Shown: in pieces, positions 9,721 through 17,888 of the stretch
How positions within the stretch are numbered: the first letter of the stretch is position 1
How the letters are laid out: every line of letters starts with the position of its first letter
Assembly (NCBI GenBank): GCA_913047795.1
Contig: CAJWTS010000008.1
Span: 16,634 to 80,633 of the forward strand
Length of the DNA: 64,000 nt
Reading direction: 5' to 3'
Source of the DNA: an uncultured Verrucomicrobiota bacterium
GTDB lineage: Bacteria; Verrucomicrobiota; Kiritimatiellia; CAJWTS01
Made by a program: the position numbers and the translations under genes
Notes under the pieces: model-generated
The model's database searches: none
What the model saw: the letters and a program-made list of their open reading frames with translations, nothing else
Told to the model about the DNA's origin: nothing

Positions 9721-10823
9721 GAGAGATTACGCAGCGCGCTGACGAGGCGATCGACGTTCTCGATCCGGCAACTGCCACCCATCAGGCCGATGCGCCAGAA
9801 CTTGCCCGCAAAATCCCCCAGGCCCGCGCCAATCTCGATGTTGTGTTCCACCAGCAAGCGACGGCGCACGTCCGCGTCCTCGAAACCGTCCGGAATTCGC
9901 ACCGTGTTCAGCATCGGCGTTCGATATTCAGGCGCGACGAGGAATTCGAATCCGAGCGACTCCAGTTGATCGCGCAGATACTCGTGGGTCACACGGTGGC
10001 GCTCAAATCGTTGCTCCGGCCCCTCCTCCATCACCAGTCGCAATGCTTCGTGCAGCGCATAGATCGACGAGATCGGCGCCGTATGGTGATACACGCGGTC
10101 ACTCCCCCAATACTTGCGCAGCATCGTGATGTCGAGGTACCAGCTTTGCACCTTGCCTTCACGCGCATCGAGCGCCTCCAGGGCGCGCGTACTAAACGAA
10201 ACCGGCGACAGGCCGGGCGGCGCACTAAGACATTTCTGCGTCCCGGAATAGACTGCATCGATTCCCCAGTCATCCACGCGCACGTCCACACCGCCGAGCG
10301 ACGTAACGGCATCGACCAGGTACAGGGCGCCGGCGTCACGCACCAGCGATCCAATCTCCTCCAGCGGCTGCAAGACACCCGTCGAGGTCTCGGCATGCAC
10401 AATCGCGACAATCTTCGGGGCGACAAGATCAAGCGCCTTGCGCACGTCCGCCGGATCAATCGGTTTACCCCAGGGCGCTTCGACTTTCGTCACCGTCGCT
10501 CCACAACGTTCCGCGACGTCACACATCCGGCCGCCAAAGACACCGTTGACGCAGACAAGGACACCGTCCCCGGGCTCGACCAGGTTCGCAACGGTGCTTT
10601 CCATTCCCGCGCTGCCTGTTGCAGACACGGGAAAGGTCATCGCGTTTCCGGTACGAAAAAGGTCACGCAGCATGCTCTGCACGTCGTCCATCAGGGCGAG
10701 AAAGGCCGGATCGAGATGCCCGACAAGGGGCGTCGCCATTGCGGCCAGGACGCGCGGATCCGCATCGCTCGGACCGGGCCCCATCAGCAGGCGCTGGGGC
10801 AGTTCATTCACAGCTTGAGACAT
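9717..10823 (-). CDS. Class V aminotransferase (serine-glyoxylate / alanine-glyoxylate aminotransferase family)
   Basis: 368 aa. LLMGPGPSDADPRVLAAM N-terminus. PLP-lysine context SGTQKCLSAPPG. Confidence 0.85.
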   Translation of the reverse strand: MSQAVNELPQRLLMGPGPSDADPRVLAAMATPLVGHLDPAFLALMDDVQSMLRDLFRTGNAMTFPVSATGSAGMESTVANLVEPGDGVLVCVNGVFGGRMCDVAERCGATVTKVEAPWGKPIDPADVRKALDLVAPKIVAIVHAETSTGVLQPLEEIGSLVRDAGALYLVDAVTSLGGVDVRVDDWGIDAVYSGTQKCLSAPPGLSPVSFSTRALEALDAREGKVQSWYLDITMLRKYWGSDRVYHHTAPISSIYALHEALRLVMEEGPEQRFERHRVTHEYLRDQLESLGFEFLVAPEYRTPMLNTVRIPDGFEDADVRRRLLVEHNIEIGAGLGDFAGKFWRIGLMGGSCRIENVDRLVSALRNLS

Positions 10824-10879
10824 CGTTCTATCGCTCCCTCACATGCTATATTCGGCTGACCGTAGCACGCAGGTATAGA

Positions 10880-12124
10880 ATGACAATTGGAAATCGAGAC
10901 GACCGGCAACTCCCGCACACGATCATGTCCCGGACCATCATGCATCTCGACATGGACGCGTTCTACGCCGCGATCGAGCAACTTGACAATCCCGAACTGG
11001 TTGGCAAACCCGTCATCGTAGGCGCGTCGCCCGACAAGCGGGGTGTCGTCGCGACGGCCTCCTACGAGGCGCGCGCATTCGGCGTCCATTCCGCCATGCC
11101 GTCACGGACAGCGGGTCGACTCTGCCCCAACGGCGTTTTCGTGCCCGTTCGGATGAGCCGCTACGCCGAGGTGTCGGGACAACTCATGGACGTCCTGGAA
11201 AGTTTTACACCGCTCGTCGAGAAAATATCCGTCGACGAGGCATTCATGGATGTGACGGGCGTTCTACATCTGTGGAAGGACGCGCTCAGCCTCGCGCGGG
11301 CGATAAAGGATCGTATCCGCGCCGAATTGAAGCTGACAGGGTCGATCGGCGTGGCGCCCAACAAGTTCCTGGCCAAGCTTTCCAGTGATATGGATAAACC
11401 CGACGGCCTGACGGTCGCGCCGACCATCGAGAAGGAGATCATCGCCTTTCTTGCACCGCTGCCGGTCGGTCGACTCTGGGGCGTAGGAGGCAAGACCAAC
11501 GAGCGCCTGAACAGCCTGGGAATACACACGGTCGAACATATTCAACAACGGCCCATGGAAGAGCTGCGCACCATTCTTGGCGAACGGATGGCGGCGCATC
11601 TCAGCGCGCTGGCGCACGGTCGCGATGAACGAAGCGTGGAAACCGGAAACGAGGAAAAAAGCATCTCGAACGAAATGACCTACGGCGAAGACTGTCGCGA
11701 CCCGGCACGGGTGCGCGAGACGCTCCTGCGGTTGGCCGAGAAGGTTTCGCACCGTCTGCGCCGATCGGGCAAACTGGCCACTACCGCGCAGATCAAGCTC
11801 CGCTTCTCCGACTTCCGTACCATCACGCGCCAACTACCACTGCAACCGGCCACCGACAATGATCGCTCGCTCTTAAACGCAGCCGTCGAACTCTTTGAGA
11901 AGGAGAACGTACGAGAACCGATCCGACTCGTCGGCTTTGGCGTATCCAACCTGAGCCGACCCGGACAGGCGCGTGACGAGGAACAACAGCTGCTTTTCCC
12001 CGCTTTGGATTCCGACCTGCAGGACGAGAAAGACACGAAACTGGATCACGCGCTCGATGAAATTCGCGAACGATTCGGAACCGGCAGTGTGGGTCGCGCG
12101 GGTGGGAAGGGCCGGAACCGGTGA
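10880..12124 (+). CDS. dinB: DNA polymerase IV (Y-family)
   Basis: IMHLDMDAFYAAIEQLDNPELVGKPVIVG...GVVATASYEARAFGVHSAMP. The track ORF start at 10619 overlaps the divergent aminotransferase. Plausible starts are ATG 10880 or ATG 10925. Confidence 0.9.
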   Translation: MTIGNRDDRQLPHTIMSRTIMHLDMDAFYAAIEQLDNPELVGKPVIVGASPDKRGVVATASYEARAFGVHSAMPSRTAGRLCPNGVFVPVRMSRYAEVSGQLMDVLESFTPLVEKISVDEAFMDVTGVLHLWKDALSLARAIKDRIRAELKLTGSIGVAPNKFLAKLSSDMDKPDGLTVAPTIEKEIIAFLAPLPVGRLWGVGGKTNERLNSLGIHTVEHIQQRPMEELRTILGERMAAHLSALAHGRDERSVETGNEEKSISNEMTYGEDCRDPARVRETLLRLAEKVSHRLRRSGKLATTAQIKLRFSDFRTITRQLPLQPATDNDRSLLNAAVELFEKENVREPIRLVGFGVSNLSRPGQARDEEQQLLFPALDSDLQDEKDTKLDHALDEIRERFGTGSVGRAGGKGRNR

Positions 12125-12141
12125 TGTGGGTGCCGGGAGCG

Positions 12142-13083
12142 TCATCCGAAACAGGATCTGATGATCTGCATCGCCTGATCCTTGTAACCGGCGGCTCCCG
12201 CCGTATCGCCCCCGCGGCCCTGTCGAATCACGATGTACTTCTGAATCTCGTAGAGCAGATAAAAGACGCGCCGTATACCGGCAGCGTCTGACTCGTCGCG
12301 CCGCGTGCCGTAACCCTCCCAGAACGCCGGCTCCGAAATGCCACAGTAATCCAGGACGGCAAACTCGATCTCCGGATCGCCCCAGACGGCGCGGTCCCAA
12401 TCAACAAGACCCGACAGGCGTCCATTATCGACGAGAATGTTCTGCGCCCAGACGTCCATGTGCAGCAGACTCGCGGGCACATCGCGATCAAAACAGCCCA
12501 TGTTCCGGTCGAGCAGTTCAATCATTTGTGTGGCCTCATAACGGTCGTAGTGCGCCACGCTGACGATATCCTCGACCAACCGCCGCCACATATCTTGGAA
12601 CGCGTCGTTCCAGCTGGCCTGGGGTTCCATTGGGGCGTGAGCGCCCAGATAACCGTAGCGGTCCCGGGTAATCGCGTGGACCTGGGCGAGGGATTCCCCG
12701 ACCCCACGCAACACGGCATCCCGGTCGTAAAACCCCGCATCCGATATCGGTGCGCCGGGCAGCCGCTCCATCACGATGAAGTCGCTGTCGATCCGTTCGC
12801 GACTGTCATCAAAGGCCACGATCGGTGCCACGGGCGCATCCGTATGCTCAAGGATGAGCGCATGTAATTCGGGTTCCTGCTGCATCATGTCCTTTTCGTA
12901 GAACAGGAAAACGGCATCGGGCGCCGGCGCGACGCGCAGCACGAACTGCCGATCATCGGCATCGACATAGTAGGAGTCGTTGAACTTGCCCGTCGGAATC
13001 GGTCGCATCCGGATCACGGCGGGGGTGTCGTGAAGGACGTCCCGCACGCAGTCCTCCAGAATCTTGATCGTGTGGGCCGACAC
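12142..13083 (-). CDS. Aminoglycoside/small-molecule phosphotransferase (APH) family kinase
   Basis: 313 aa. Kinase catalytic-loop pattern LLHMDVWAQNILV followed by GLVDWDRAVWGDP (HxDxxxxN...DWD). GTG start. Confidence 0.8.
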   Translation of the reverse strand: MSAHTIKILEDCVRDVLHDTPAVIRMRPIPTGKFNDSYYVDADDRQFVLRVAPAPDAVFLFYEKDMMQQEPELHALILEHTDAPVAPIVAFDDSRERIDSDFIVMERLPGAPISDAGFYDRDAVLRGVGESLAQVHAITRDRYGYLGAHAPMEPQASWNDAFQDMWRRLVEDIVSVAHYDRYEATQMIELLDRNMGCFDRDVPASLLHMDVWAQNILVDNGRLSGLVDWDRAVWGDPEIEFAVLDYCGISEPAFWEGYGTRRDESDAAGIRRVFYLLYEIQKYIVIRQGRGGDTAGAAGYKDQAMQIIRSCFG

Positions 13084-13254
13084 CTGTCACCCATACCATT
13101 GAAATAACGCAGAAATCGAACGTAATCAGATGTGGAATCGACCCGAATCGCCTTGCGTCGAACGCATCCCAGGGCTAGCCTCTGAGGTCTCTACAGGCGC
13201 CGAACGAGTCCTGCCTTGCTGGCCAAATCCAGCCTTCGCCTGCTCGGATCAATA

Positions 13255-13833
13255 ATGCCCCCGCCCCTACAGATTCACTTACCCGCCTGGCTGGACGCTG
13301 AAACGGGCCATGATTCGGTGACGTTCGCAACGGTCGAGGAACGCATGCAATATGCGATCAAACTAGCCCGGCTGAACGTCGAAAACGGTACGGGCGGGCC
13401 TTTTGGAGCAGCTATTTTTGAACGATTAAGCGGACACCTGGTGGCCGCAGGCGTCAACTGCGTCGTCGGGCAAAACTGTTCGATCGCGCACGCGGAAATG
13501 ATGGCGATCGCGACCGCTCAACAGAAAATCGGCCACTATGATCTGGGCGCCGGCGACAAGGACCATGAACTGGTTACGAGCGTCGAACCCTGTGCCATGT
13601 GCCTCGGTGCCGTACCCTGGTCCGGCGTATCGTCGATCGTCTGTGGCGCGCGCGCGGAAGACGCAGAATCGATCGGATTCAAAGAAGGCGCGAAGCCGAA
13701 AGACTGGATCGGTGAACTTTCTACGCACGGTATAGAAACGCAACGTGATGTATGTCGCGCCGCCGCCGTGCGTGTTCTAACACAATATCTTGAGTCCGGC
13801 GGCATGCTCTACAACGGCACGCGCGACGCGTGA
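13255..13833 (+). CDS. CMP/dCMP-type zinc deaminase (nucleoside/guanine deaminase-like)
   Basis: Zinc motifs HAEMMAI and EPCAMCLGA. GGPFGAAIF as in guanine-deaminase-like members. ATG 13255 is preferred over TTG 13216. Confidence 0.8.
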   Translation: MPPPLQIHLPAWLDAETGHDSVTFATVEERMQYAIKLARLNVENGTGGPFGAAIFERLSGHLVAAGVNCVVGQNCSIAHAEMMAIATAQQKIGHYDLGAGDKDHELVTSVEPCAMCLGAVPWSGVSSIVCGARAEDAESIGFKEGAKPKDWIGELSTHGIETQRDVCRAAAVRVLTQYLESGGMLYNGTRDA

Positions 13834-13908
13834 CAGTTGTCGTCTCGTTAAAAGTCGCCATGACGCCTCGACTACTATAGTATTCACGCCTTATCACCGG
13901 AGGTAACT

Positions 13909-14985
13909 ATGCGAGTACTTGTTACCGGCATGATAGCCGGCATTAATCACGGACCCTTCATCCAGCATGTCATCGACATGGGGCGCAAGGAAGACATCGA
14001 GATCCGGCACTACAACCTGATCGATCAGCTTGAAGCGACCGGTGAAAAAAAACTCGATCGATTGCTCGGCGCGACGGACTACCTGTTCCAGGTTCTGCGT
14101 GAACGCGAATACCGCAAGATCGGTTACGATTTACTGAAGAACGACTGCCAGCATGCCATCATTCACGTGCCCGCCACAATCGAGTGGAACCGAATCAACT
14201 TCAAGCTGAAGGACCACGAGGAGATCGCCGAATACATCAAGCCGGACCTGATCGTCACGCTCATCGACGCAGAATGGCTGATCCGCGATCGCCTGCGTAC
14301 ACCAGGTAAAAGCAACGATTTCATGCGCAGAATGAAGGATCAGGACCACACGATCCACGAGATTCTGAGCTGGATGAACGAGGAGGTCAGTCTCAGTGAA
14401 GATTGGGCGGAGCACCTCGGCGTGCGCCACTACGTCATTCCGGTCAGCCAGCATCCGTTGAGCTTGTACAAACTGGTTCGCGACAAGGACGTGCCGTCTT
14501 TCTACGTATCCTACTCGATGACCCATTCAGACGACGAGATCCGGCGCGAGATCAACGGCACGATCAAGCGACTCGCCGGTTACGGACTCGTGATCGATCC
14601 ACAGGCGATCGAAATAGGCGGCAACTTCGACAACGACCAGGATCGCGAAGCAATATTTTCGTACACCGTGCATCGCGACCTGCACTGGTTCGTCGGCAAA
14701 ACGGACGCCACAGTCGCCGTGCATCCGTACGAGGAACGCCCTCCGCTCTCGACCGGGATGATGGATGAGCTGGGACACGCGCGCGACTACCTCAAGCGGC
14801 GCTACATGATTTTTCCACCGAAGAACCTGAGCCCATTCACGACCGACAGCTACATCGAAAAAGGATGCATCTTTCGGACATCCGACGAGTTCTTCACCGC
14901 GCTGGACAAGGACGGATACAAGCCGTTCGAATACTCGCCCGCCGTGACGGAATTCGAATGGACCGGCCCGGCGAGTCTGTCGTAG
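13909..14985 (+). CDS. Hypothetical two-domain protein: N-terminal kinase-like Rossmann domain without a Walker A lysine, and a C-terminal nucleoside 2-deoxyribosyltransferase/DNPH1-like domain (tentative)
   Basis: 358-aa ORF with a GGAGG Shine-Dalgarno 6 nt upstream. The N-terminus is MRVLVTGMIAGINHG. The C-terminal pattern is FYVSYSM...HRDLHWFVGKTDATVAVHPYEERPPLSTGMMDELGHA. GC is visibly lower than in the neighbours. Confidence 0.55.
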   Translation: MRVLVTGMIAGINHGPFIQHVIDMGRKEDIEIRHYNLIDQLEATGEKKLDRLLGATDYLFQVLREREYRKIGYDLLKNDCQHAIIHVPATIEWNRINFKLKDHEEIAEYIKPDLIVTLIDAEWLIRDRLRTPGKSNDFMRRMKDQDHTIHEILSWMNEEVSLSEDWAEHLGVRHYVIPVSQHPLSLYKLVRDKDVPSFYVSYSMTHSDDEIRREINGTIKRLAGYGLVIDPQAIEIGGNFDNDQDREAIFSYTVHRDLHWFVGKTDATVAVHPYEERPPLSTGMMDELGHARDYLKRRYMIFPPKNLSPFTTDSYIEKGCIFRTSDEFFTALDKDGYKPFEYSPAVTEFEWTGPASLS

Positions 14986-15029
14986 TCCCTCCCGCTCTCG
15001 CGACAGACAAGCGCTGCGCTTCCTCCCGC

Positions 15030-15056
15030 CCGGATTGCGAATGCTGACGAATCCGG
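15030..15056 (+). terminator. Weak hairpin between convergent genes (possible terminator)
   Basis: CCGGATT (15030-15036) pairs with AATCCGG (15050-15056) around a 13-nt loop, followed by TT. It is short with a large loop, so support is weak. Confidence 0.2.
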
Positions 15057-15089
15057 TTCACGCCTGAGACCTCGCAACCAACGTGGGTC

Positions 15090-17888
15090 TTACCGCGGTT
15101 TCACAGCGACGATGCGACCGCTGTTGTAGCCCTTCAGCTCCATCAGGGCCGCTTCCGGAAAGGTCGCGATGATCGCGCCATCGCGAACGGTACGCAACAA
15201 CGTGACCCCCTTGTGTTTGCGAACCCATGCGCTGAAGTCGAAATTCTCAGGCTCCATCGTTCCGGACACGATGACGACCGCCGGTTGGGCCGCGGCGACC
15301 ACCTCGTCAATCATTCGTGAATAAGAACGTCGCGAGCTGAAATCGGGAAGGACCACAATGTCGTACGGGGGTCGTATGTCCTTGCCGACGCCCGGCGACA
15401 CACCGTCCGTAATGATCAGCCAGCGAAACCCGCGTGTGGTCATGGACAAGCGTACTGTTCTCGCGCTCGCCGCAAATCGTTCCGGCAACTTGTCCGGAAC
15501 AGGGAGCGCATTGACGTCCAAATCCTGCCACTCGTAGAGCAGACCGGTCGATATGGGACGCAGCGGAATCTCTTTCTCGCCGGCGAATTCGACGAGCCGC
15601 CGGTAACCGGTCTCGTAAGCGGTTGCCCAGCCCATGCCCGCCACCGCTTGCTTCAGCAAATAGCTGTCCCCAATCTCGTCCAGCAACTTGTCCGGTGTGG
15701 CCGGAACCACGGGCAGGTAACAAGGTCCCAACGCCATGCGTTCGCCAAGTCCGACCAGACCCTCCGTGCCGGCGCCCGGCGCCGATCCGGCGATAATCGC
15801 GGTATCCACCGATGTCCCGCCGATGCTGCGCACAACCGAGAAGACGAGCCGTTCGCCGGTGAAATAGTCGCCCGCGTTGATCGCCAGGGTGCGGCCGTGC
15901 TGGGACACGACCGCCATCGTTGGGTAGCGCCCGGCGGCCATGCAGACAACGGTTCGGGTCCGGTCCGGCGTTTTGACCAGGTTGAGCAAGGGCAGACAGA
16001 TGAGTAGGATGGGCACGACGTACGCCAGGTTCGCCACGCCCGGACGTCGATGCAGCGACGGCCAGACCCGGTAGAGGATGCCCTGCACCTTCGATCGGGA
16101 TCCGGCGATCACCAGCATCCCGGCCAGGACGACGTAGTAGCCGATCATCCAACTCAGTGGCGGCCGTGGCGTTGCAGGAAACGGAAAGACGGTCGCTCCA
16201 CTCCAGGCCAACCAAAAAAAGAACTGTCCGACAAGTGTCACCGCAGCACCAAGCGGCATCGCCAGAACATTTCCAACAACCGGGATCAAGCCCACCAGTC
16301 CCGTCAGCATTCCGAGCTGAACCAGTATCCCGATCGCGGGGATGGCCAGCAGATTCACAAAGACGCCCGCAATCGGAAATTGGCCGAAGAACCAGGCCGA
16401 CAGCGGCAGCATCATCCCGAACTGAATGGCGAGTTGCGCGCTCAGAAACATGCGCAGTACCGGCGGAACGCGTTCCAGGCCGAGATTCCAAAGCGCGGGG
16501 TGTTTCTCATTGAGACGGGAACCCGTAACCAGCAAAACCCATAACAAACCGACCACGGCCAGCGTATTGGGTAGGAAAAGAAAGATCGCGAGATCATGCG
16601 AGAGCAGGAGGATCAGAATCGCGAACCATGCAATGGCAAACAGGAGCGCGTATCCGCGCAGCCCGGATAACCAACGCTCGATCGGTGGCGAGACCAGAAC
16701 CAGGGATAACACCGCTCCGAACGAAAGCTGGAAACTCGGCGAGAACAGGATGATCGGACTTCCCACCAGGATAATGAGCGACGATATCGCGAGCCCGGCA
16801 TACGTCGCCCGCGCCAGGTTCACGTGGAAATACGAGAAAGCGACGATGATCACGGAATTCATGATCACGGCTCGAACGCTCGACGGTCGAGCCCCCGTCA
16901 GCAAGGCAAACAGAACAAGGAACAGCACCAACACCGGCGCAAATGAGGATGCGCGCATGCCGGTCATGCGGAAAAGCGTGTAGAGCAAGAGGGAGACGAT
17001 ACTGACGTGCAGTCCGGACACGGCCAGGACGTGACCGACGCCGGCATGACGAAACGCGTCGACAATCTCGATCCCGCGAAACTCGACCCCTTCAACCGCG
17101 CGGCGCGTACCGAGCGTTGCCGCCGCAACCAGGCCACTGGCCGGTGCGTGTATCGTCTGCTTATAAGTCAGGAGAAACCTGCGCTTCGTCTCCAGGGCAA
17201 TCTCGGTCAGGAAGTTACCCCGCGACTCCTCCACGATCTTGGTGCCGAAGACATGGCAGCGAAATCGCGCAACGAGGTTGTGCTGGGCCAGGAACGAGGC
17301 GAAATCGAATTCGCCCGGATTTCGACTCGCCTCGACAGGGCGGTACTTCGCCTTGACCTCGACCCGGTAACCGTAGGCTTCCGGAGTCACCAGGCGGTCG
17401 AATTGCTTCCGTGTCGCCGGTGATGTTTTCGCGTAGGCATACACGCGCAGGGCAATCTCTTCCGGATCCACGCCGATCCACTCGCGGTCCGTATCGAGTC
17501 GGATCTTGTCTACGCGGATACGCAGATCGCCCTGGCCGGAACCGCGCAACTCGGGTTCAGCGGAGATCACACCGCGAAACTGGATGGGGTCACCCGCTGA
17601 CAGCGAATCCAGCAGGTACGGCAACGTGCCCACCTCGGACGGCCCGATGCGGTCCATGGCGCGCCAATAGCCGAGCGGCATGGCACACAACGCTGCCGCG
17701 AGGATAACGAAAGATACCCGCCACTCCTTCCAGTCGCGTTCGCGCCACATCATGATCACGCTCAGTGCTGCCCCGGCAACAGACGCCGCGCCCAGCACAA
17801 AGCCGGAGATCGGCACGCGACAGTTCGTCGCCAACACAATGCCGCCGATGAAACCCAGGGACAACGTAACAAAGCGCGTCACCATCAT
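15090..17888 (-). CDS. comEC: ComEC/Rec2-family DNA internalisation channel protein with a degenerate C-terminal domain
   Basis: The true start is MMVTRFVTLSL at 17888; the track ORF extends falsely to 18347 across the upstream gene. It has an N-terminal DUF4131-like segment and a long polytopic competence domain (HAGVGHVLAVSGLHVSIV). The C-terminal ~330 aa lack an HxHxDH motif. Confidence 0.85.
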   Translation of the reverse strand: MMVTRFVTLSLGFIGGIVLATNCRVPISGFVLGAASVAGAALSVIMMWRERDWKEWRVSFVILAAALCAMPLGYWRAMDRIGPSEVGTLPYLLDSLSAGDPIQFRGVISAEPELRGSGQGDLRIRVDKIRLDTDREWIGVDPEEIALRVYAYAKTSPATRKQFDRLVTPEAYGYRVEVKAKYRPVEASRNPGEFDFASFLAQHNLVARFRCHVFGTKIVEESRGNFLTEIALETKRRFLLTYKQTIHAPASGLVAAATLGTRRAVEGVEFRGIEIVDAFRHAGVGHVLAVSGLHVSIVSLLLYTLFRMTGMRASSFAPVLVLFLVLFALLTGARPSSVRAVIMNSVIIVAFSYFHVNLARATYAGLAISSLIILVGSPIILFSPSFQLSFGAVLSLVLVSPPIERWLSGLRGYALLFAIAWFAILILLLSHDLAIFLFLPNTLAVVGLLWVLLVTGSRLNEKHPALWNLGLERVPPVLRMFLSAQLAIQFGMMLPLSAWFFGQFPIAGVFVNLLAIPAIGILVQLGMLTGLVGLIPVVGNVLAMPLGAAVTLVGQFFFWLAWSGATVFPFPATPRPPLSWMIGYYVVLAGMLVIAGSRSKVQGILYRVWPSLHRRPGVANLAYVVPILLICLPLLNLVKTPDRTRTVVCMAAGRYPTMAVVSQHGRTLAINAGDYFTGERLVFSVVRSIGGTSVDTAIIAGSAPGAGTEGLVGLGERMALGPCYLPVVPATPDKLLDEIGDSYLLKQAVAGMGWATAYETGYRRLVEFAGEKEIPLRPISTGLLYEWQDLDVNALPVPDKLPERFAASARTVRLSMTTRGFRWLIITDGVSPGVGKDIRPPYDIVVLPDFSSRRSYSRMIDEVVAAAQPAVVIVSGTMEPENFDFSAWVRKHKGVTLLRTVRDGAIIATFPEAALMELKGYNSGRIVAVKPR

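Noticed and set aside
10619-10879. Upstream extensions of the track ORFs for dinB, and likewise 39175-39273, 40715-40948, 42805-42858, 19800-19961, 21610-21663 and 55264-55521.
   Set aside because: The extensions overlap neighbouring genes or read as low-complexity sequence. Internal ATGs yield family-typical N-termini or signal peptides.
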